Part shown: positions 44,073-47,572 of the stretch, in pieces
Position numbering within the stretch: the stretch's first letter is position 1
Layout: each line of letters begins with the position of its first letter
Source of the DNA: a virus
Taxonomy: Duplodnaviria; Heunggongvirae; Uroviricota; Caudoviricetes
Virus record (IMG/VR): IMGVR_UViG_3300025310_000004
Location: 123,759-171,330 of that record
Strand: one strand, 5' to 3'
DNA length: 47,572 nucleotides
Made by a program: the position numbers and the translations under genes
The notes under the pieces: model-generated
What the model was told of the DNA's origin: nothing
The model's input: only the letters and a program-made list of their open reading frames with translations
Database searches by the model: none

Positions 44073-44402
44073 ATGACCGACCGCTACATGCTTGTTGACG
44101 ACCAGGGGAAAGTCATGCACTTTGGCTTCTTCTCTGAGTCAGGCACTCAGCGCTACCTCAATCGCCACCCCGAGTGGAAGATGGTCGCCCTTGAAGAAGC
44201 GAAGCCGGGTGAGCCGTCCTGTGGTTGGACCACGGGATGGGAGCAGGGATGCCCGGTCAAGGCCCCGTGCCCCTACCACTCCACCATGACGTGCTTCTGC
44301 GGGAAGCCCTCGACACATGGCTGCTCGATGACCGGGCAGTTCGTCTGTGGGCACCCCCTGTGCGACGACCACCGCCAATGTTCCTCCCATGGAAGGTTCT
44401 GA
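44073..44402 (+). CDS. Cys-rich hypothetical protein
   Basis: RBS AAGGAG; CFCG..C..FVCG..LC..H. Confidence 0.55.
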   Translation: MTDRYMLVDDQGKVMHFGFFSESGTQRYLNRHPEWKMVALEEAKPGEPSCGWTTGWEQGCPVKAPCPYHSTMTCFCGKPSTHGCSMTGQFVCGHPLCDDHRQCSSHGRF

Positions 44403-44403
44403 G

Positions 44404-44718
44404 ATGACCGACCATTCACCGCCAGACCCGGTTGATGGTGTCGCTGACCGCTACGCAAGGGACTTCATTGCCGAGTTCCCTTGGATCGCCGATGAGTATG
44501 ACCGCAGATTCGACGGCGAGTGCGACACCGCCGTGGAGGAGGTGGCCAGGTGGATTGCGAGTGCAATCGAGGATGCACTTTCTCCTTGCGTTGCATACCA
44601 GAACGAAGCCTGGGAGCACGGTCTTTCAAGGTGGGCGACCGAACTCCTCACCCTCTCGGAACGCGCCAGAATCGACTGCCTGGAAAGGGCAGCAAGAAAG
44701 AAGGTCATGTATGGATGA
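44404..44718 (+). CDS. Hypothetical protein
   Basis: Fills the gap; AT-richer codons. Confidence 0.45.
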   Translation: MTDHSPPDPVDGVADRYARDFIAEFPWIADEYDRRFDGECDTAVEEVARWIASAIEDALSPCVAYQNEAWEHGLSRWATELLTLSERARIDCLERAARKKVMYG

Positions 44719-44995
44719 CTACCCCATCGCATCATTCGAGTACGGCCACACCCCGACGCGCGATGAGCGCTCCGCCGAGGTCTACCGCATCGGCGGCCTG
44801 ATGGACTCCATCGACGCCTGGGAGATCACCAAGGCCACGCTGGTCGAGGTGGGCCTCATCCCCGAGCACGCCGACGCCGTGTCCAAGGCGATCTTCGCCC
44901 GGCTCGCCCAGGCCCCTGAGGCCCCGATCCTGCCGTGCCGGGTGTACGAGGCCACCGAGGTGGGCGTACAAAGTTCCGGCGTTGCTGGCGAATAG
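44711..44995 (+). CDS. Hypothetical protein
   Basis: Overlaps upstream stop. Confidence 0.55.
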   Translation: MDDYPIASFEYGHTPTRDERSAEVYRIGGLMDSIDAWEITKATLVEVGLIPEHADAVSKAIFARLAQAPEAPILPCRVYEATEVGVQSSGVAGE

Positions 44996-45031
44996 GACGC
45001 CTTTCTCCGTGACTATGAACGGAAGCAGACC

Positions 45032-45217
45032 ATGAGCACCTTCATCGTGCACCGCACCGGCTCGGGCCGTCGTGACACCTACGACCGCTCAGAGTTCTTC
45101 TGGACCATCGACCATGGTGGGACCCTCGTGATCCACCGACGCGGCCACACCGATAAGGTCGCTGCCTACGCCCCGTCGTGGTGGTACTTCGTGGAGACGG
45201 ATGGAGACGATGGATGA
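45032..45217 (+). CDS. Hypothetical protein
   Basis: 61 aa ORF. Confidence 0.5.
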   Translation: MSTFIVHRTGSGRRDTYDRSEFFWTIDHGGTLVIHRRGHTDKVAAYAPSWWYFVETDGDDG

Positions 45218-45485
45218 CCTGCTCGCTCTGATGGGTGACATCGTGCGCGCCTATGTCAACCAGCACCACCCCGAGATGCTGGACGACATCTGGGAGACGG
45301 ATCGCGATTGGCTCAACCATGTCCTGGGTGGCTGGTGGGTGCTGCGCGACGACATGAGCTGGGCCTGGTGGCTCGGGGTCTACACGCGCTGCCCTGTCGG
45401 CCAGGACCTCGATCGGTTCTCCTACTGCTACCTCGACGCCCCTCTGCCCAATGCGTCGTTCCCGGTCGAGCACACCCATGGATGA
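45201..45485 (+). CDS. Trp-rich hypothetical protein
   Basis: RBS GGAG; overlaps neighbours. Confidence 0.55.
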   Translation: METMDDLLALMGDIVRAYVNQHHPEMLDDIWETDRDWLNHVLGGWWVLRDDMSWAWWLGVYTRCPVGQDLDRFSYCYLDAPLPNASFPVEHTHG

Positions 45486-45873
45486 CTTCGAGCCGTTCGT
45501 GGCGGTTGTGTGCTGGTTCGGGGTGCCAACGACCGATGACCGGGTGGTCTTGCCGGGAGCGATCACGGTGCCCCGCTACCCGGTGCTGCTGCTGCATCCC
45601 AACCCAAGCGTTCGCGACTACACGCCCATCGGCGCTATCGAGATGACGCACTCCACCCCGGAGGAGTTCTGGGTGTTCGGCTACGCAGACCGTAGCGCGT
45701 TGCCAACTGACAACGAGAACAATCCGTTCTACGGTCTTGGGATGGACCTTAGCGCAATCGAGGTTCGCTACGATAACGGCCTGTGCGTGTTCACTCACGC
45801 CGAGTTGGTGGGCGTGACCGTAGTACCCGAACCTGCCTACCCAGCCGCCAAGATCAGATTCGAGGAGTGGTGA
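45478..45873 (+). CDS. Possible prohead-protease-like fold protein (orphan)
   Basis: T.D.RV..PGA..P.LL.H..IG.I..GMDL..LVGVTVV.EPAYP.AKI. Confidence 0.4.
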   Translation: MDDFEPFVAVVCWFGVPTTDDRVVLPGAITVPRYPVLLLHPNPSVRDYTPIGAIEMTHSTPEEFWVFGYADRSALPTDNENNPFYGLGMDLSAIEVRYDNGLCVFTHAELVGVTVVPEPAYPAAKIRFEEW

Positions 45874-46325
45874 TGAGCCGTCGCCGTGGAAACCAACACC
45901 TGCGCCGCTCCCCGGCCAACATGAGCCGTGGTGTCGATCTGGCCAAGTTGCAGCGCGACCGCCTCATGGACTCGATCGGTGCCTTCGCAGAGAACATGGC
46001 CCAGGGCACCGGGATGCCGATGGTGGTGTGCGCTGAGTACGTCCTGATGATGCTCACCACCGAGGACTTCGAGCGCCACTGCGCCGCCTGCAACGAGGTC
46101 CACACCAACCGCTCGGCGCTGTCGTGGTACCACCACGCCGATACCAACACCACGATCCTGTGGAGCGCGTGTGAGGACTGCGCTGAGGCCCCCGGCATGA
46201 GGACCACCGCCATCCCCACCCTGGAAGCCTGGGCGACCGGAGAGGCAGACCCCGAGGGCCTCGTGGTGATCTTCGCCCCGCCCCCCGCCGAGGTAGTCGA
46301 ATCTGAGGATACGCCGTCAGACTGA
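45873..46325 (+). CDS. Hypothetical protein
   Basis: TGATG coupling; CxxC pairs. Confidence 0.55.
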   Translation: MSRRRGNQHLRRSPANMSRGVDLAKLQRDRLMDSIGAFAENMAQGTGMPMVVCAEYVLMMLTTEDFERHCAACNEVHTNRSALSWYHHADTNTTILWSACEDCAEAPGMRTTAIPTLEAWATGEADPEGLVVIFAPPPAEVVESEDTPSD

Positions 46326-46392
46326 CGACGAATTATCAACCCCGCCCCCCATGGGAGGGGAGCATCATCGTGGTGCAGTAAAGGAGCCTGGA

Positions 46393-47400
46393 ATGCCGTA
46401 CCACCCACGCAACGAGCAAGAAGCCATCGTCTACAGCGTCGCGAAGAACCATCTTCCTCAGCCCGTTGGTTCCAAGACGTTCCTGTGCATCCCTGAGATC
46501 GCCAAGACCTTCGGCAACGACGAGGACAAGGTAGTCGAACTCCTGGCCTCCATGGAGGAGTCCGGCGCCTTCGTGGGCCGCAACGGGACGTGGCACATCG
46601 CGATGCCAGCAGAGGTGGAGGTCAAGACCGTCACCTCATCGGACGGCATCGACTTCCACGTCTACGAGGACATCCACCAGTTGATCGTAGGACTTTCGAT
46701 GGTGGACTACGCTAGGGTGTTCGTCCTGGTCACCGGCCCCAGCGACTTCGCCGAGTTCGTTGAGCGCGCTCACCGCTTCTCCGAGGCCATCGCCTACCAG
46801 CACTCCGACGACTACGAGTTGGTGGAGTCGATCCCCTTCTTCCGCCTCAACAAGACCGGCTTCTCCGCCTGGGACAACTCCAACCCATCCGACCAGGGGT
46901 TGATCTCGGTGATCCGCCCGAACCTGACTCGCGTCAAGATGGCCACCCCTACCGGGTTCATCGTGGGACCGGGCGGGTCCAACAAGGACCTGATGACCGC
47001 CATCGAGCACTACTCCGGCGTGATCGTCAAGGCCCGCAAGGACGATGAGGCCCTCAGGGCGCAGGCCGAGGTTCGGCGTGAGGTGGTCGGCCAGCAGCAG
47101 TTCTTCGACCCACCCCTCAAGTCAGCCAGGAAGCCCGCTGCCCCCCAGGGACATCCTCGCCTGTCGGACTCGCTGCGCCTGTCGCCGGAGGGCGAGGCTG
47201 CCGCCATGGAGAGCCTGCCCTATCAGGTGATGGTCGGAGAGGCCGCCCGCAACCTGCACGCCTCCTTCGACTGTGATGGTTACGAGGCCATCTCGGGCTG
47301 TGGTTACTGCCTGACGTGCGAGGAGGGTGCCACCGAGGCCATCCGGGCCGCATCGTCAGCGATCGAGGCATACATAGCCGGGAGGCTTGGCTCAGGCTGA
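46393..47400 (+). CDS. Hypothetical protein (335 aa), possible N-terminal winged helix
   Basis: RBS AAAGGAG; I.EIAK.FG..V..LL..MEE.G..GTW. Confidence 0.6.
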   Translation: MPYHPRNEQEAIVYSVAKNHLPQPVGSKTFLCIPEIAKTFGNDEDKVVELLASMEESGAFVGRNGTWHIAMPAEVEVKTVTSSDGIDFHVYEDIHQLIVGLSMVDYARVFVLVTGPSDFAEFVERAHRFSEAIAYQHSDDYELVESIPFFRLNKTGFSAWDNSNPSDQGLISVIRPNLTRVKMATPTGFIVGPGGSNKDLMTAIEHYSGVIVKARKDDEALRAQAEVRREVVGQQQFFDPPLKSARKPAAPQGHPRLSDSLRLSPEGEAAAMESLPYQVMVGEAARNLHASFDCDGYEAISGCGYCLTCEEGATEAIRAASSAIEAYIAGRLGSG

Positions 47401-47422
47401 TGTCTCACCCCCGTGGTATTAT
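47401..47422 (+). promoter_or_regulatory. Box-N8-(-10) phage promoter
   Basis: TGTCTCAC ccccgtgg TATTAT. Confidence 0.8.
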
Positions 47423-47450
47423 GCGACCACGCCACGAAAGGAGGCCCTTC

Positions 47451-47572
47451 ATGACCGACACCACGACCACCGACCTTCCCCGCGAGTCCTACCTGATCCA
47501 ACGCCTGGAATCCCCCTACGGTGGGAGCCTGCTGGGCAAGGACAACCCCTTCTCCTTCGGCGGAGGACTCCG
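47451..47572 (+). CDS. Hypothetical protein, 3'-truncated
   Basis: Promoter 47401, RBS ACGAAAGGAGG; KDNPFSFGGG. Confidence 0.6.
   Translation, partial: MTDTTTTDLPRESYLIQRLESPYGGSLLGKDNPFSFGGGL

Noticed and set aside
46315-46336. CGTCAGAC-N8-AATTAT upstream of gene 46393
   Set aside because: One mismatch in the box and one at the -12 T; plausible but not counted.
20091-47443. Repeated 10-mer ACGAAAGGAG in leaders as a novel regulatory motif
   Set aside because: Explained as an extended Shine-Dalgarno complementary to the actinobacterial 16S 3' end; used only as a host clue.
1-47572. tRNA, rRNA, CRISPR array, integrase, reverse transcriptase/DGR, transposase
   Set aside because: No supporting motifs seen, and intergenic gaps are few and short. 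Lifestyle cannot be decided from this window.

Overview
A 47.6-kb, GC-rich, densely coding segment of a tailed dsDNA phage with siphovirus-like tail genes. An actinobacterial host is inferred from AGAAAGGAG-type ribosome-binding sites, many probable leaderless genes, a DUF3039-like gene, an actinobacterial-type PTH2-like gene and an actinophage-type holin. Layout: (1) 1-6.4 kb, + strand: end of the tail module and a partial lysis cassette (membrane protein fused to a PAS domain, then a holin). (2) 6.5-19.5 kb, + strand: MazG-like pyrophosphohydrolase, HNH, thermonuclease, oligoribonuclease, Endo VII, a ParB / DNA methyltransferase with an inserted PLP-enzyme domain / ParB cassette, an intein-containing SF2 helicase and a beta-clamp. 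(3) 20.2-24.5 kb, + strand: terminase small and large subunits, the latter with two inteins, one of which carries a complete HNH gene in another reading frame. (4) 24.5-32.0 kb, - strand: stand-alone endolysin, DUF3039, a ParB-like gene and hypotheticals. (5) 32.1 kb to the end, + strand: about 40 small, probably early genes. Sixteen copies of a promoter-like element (YGTCDCAS-N8-TANNNT) mark operon starts on both strands. AGCT, and apparently GTCGAC, CTCGAG and CTGGAG, are nearly absent. I found no integrase, tRNA, rRNA or CRISPR array. All family calls come from motif recognition by eye, not database searches.
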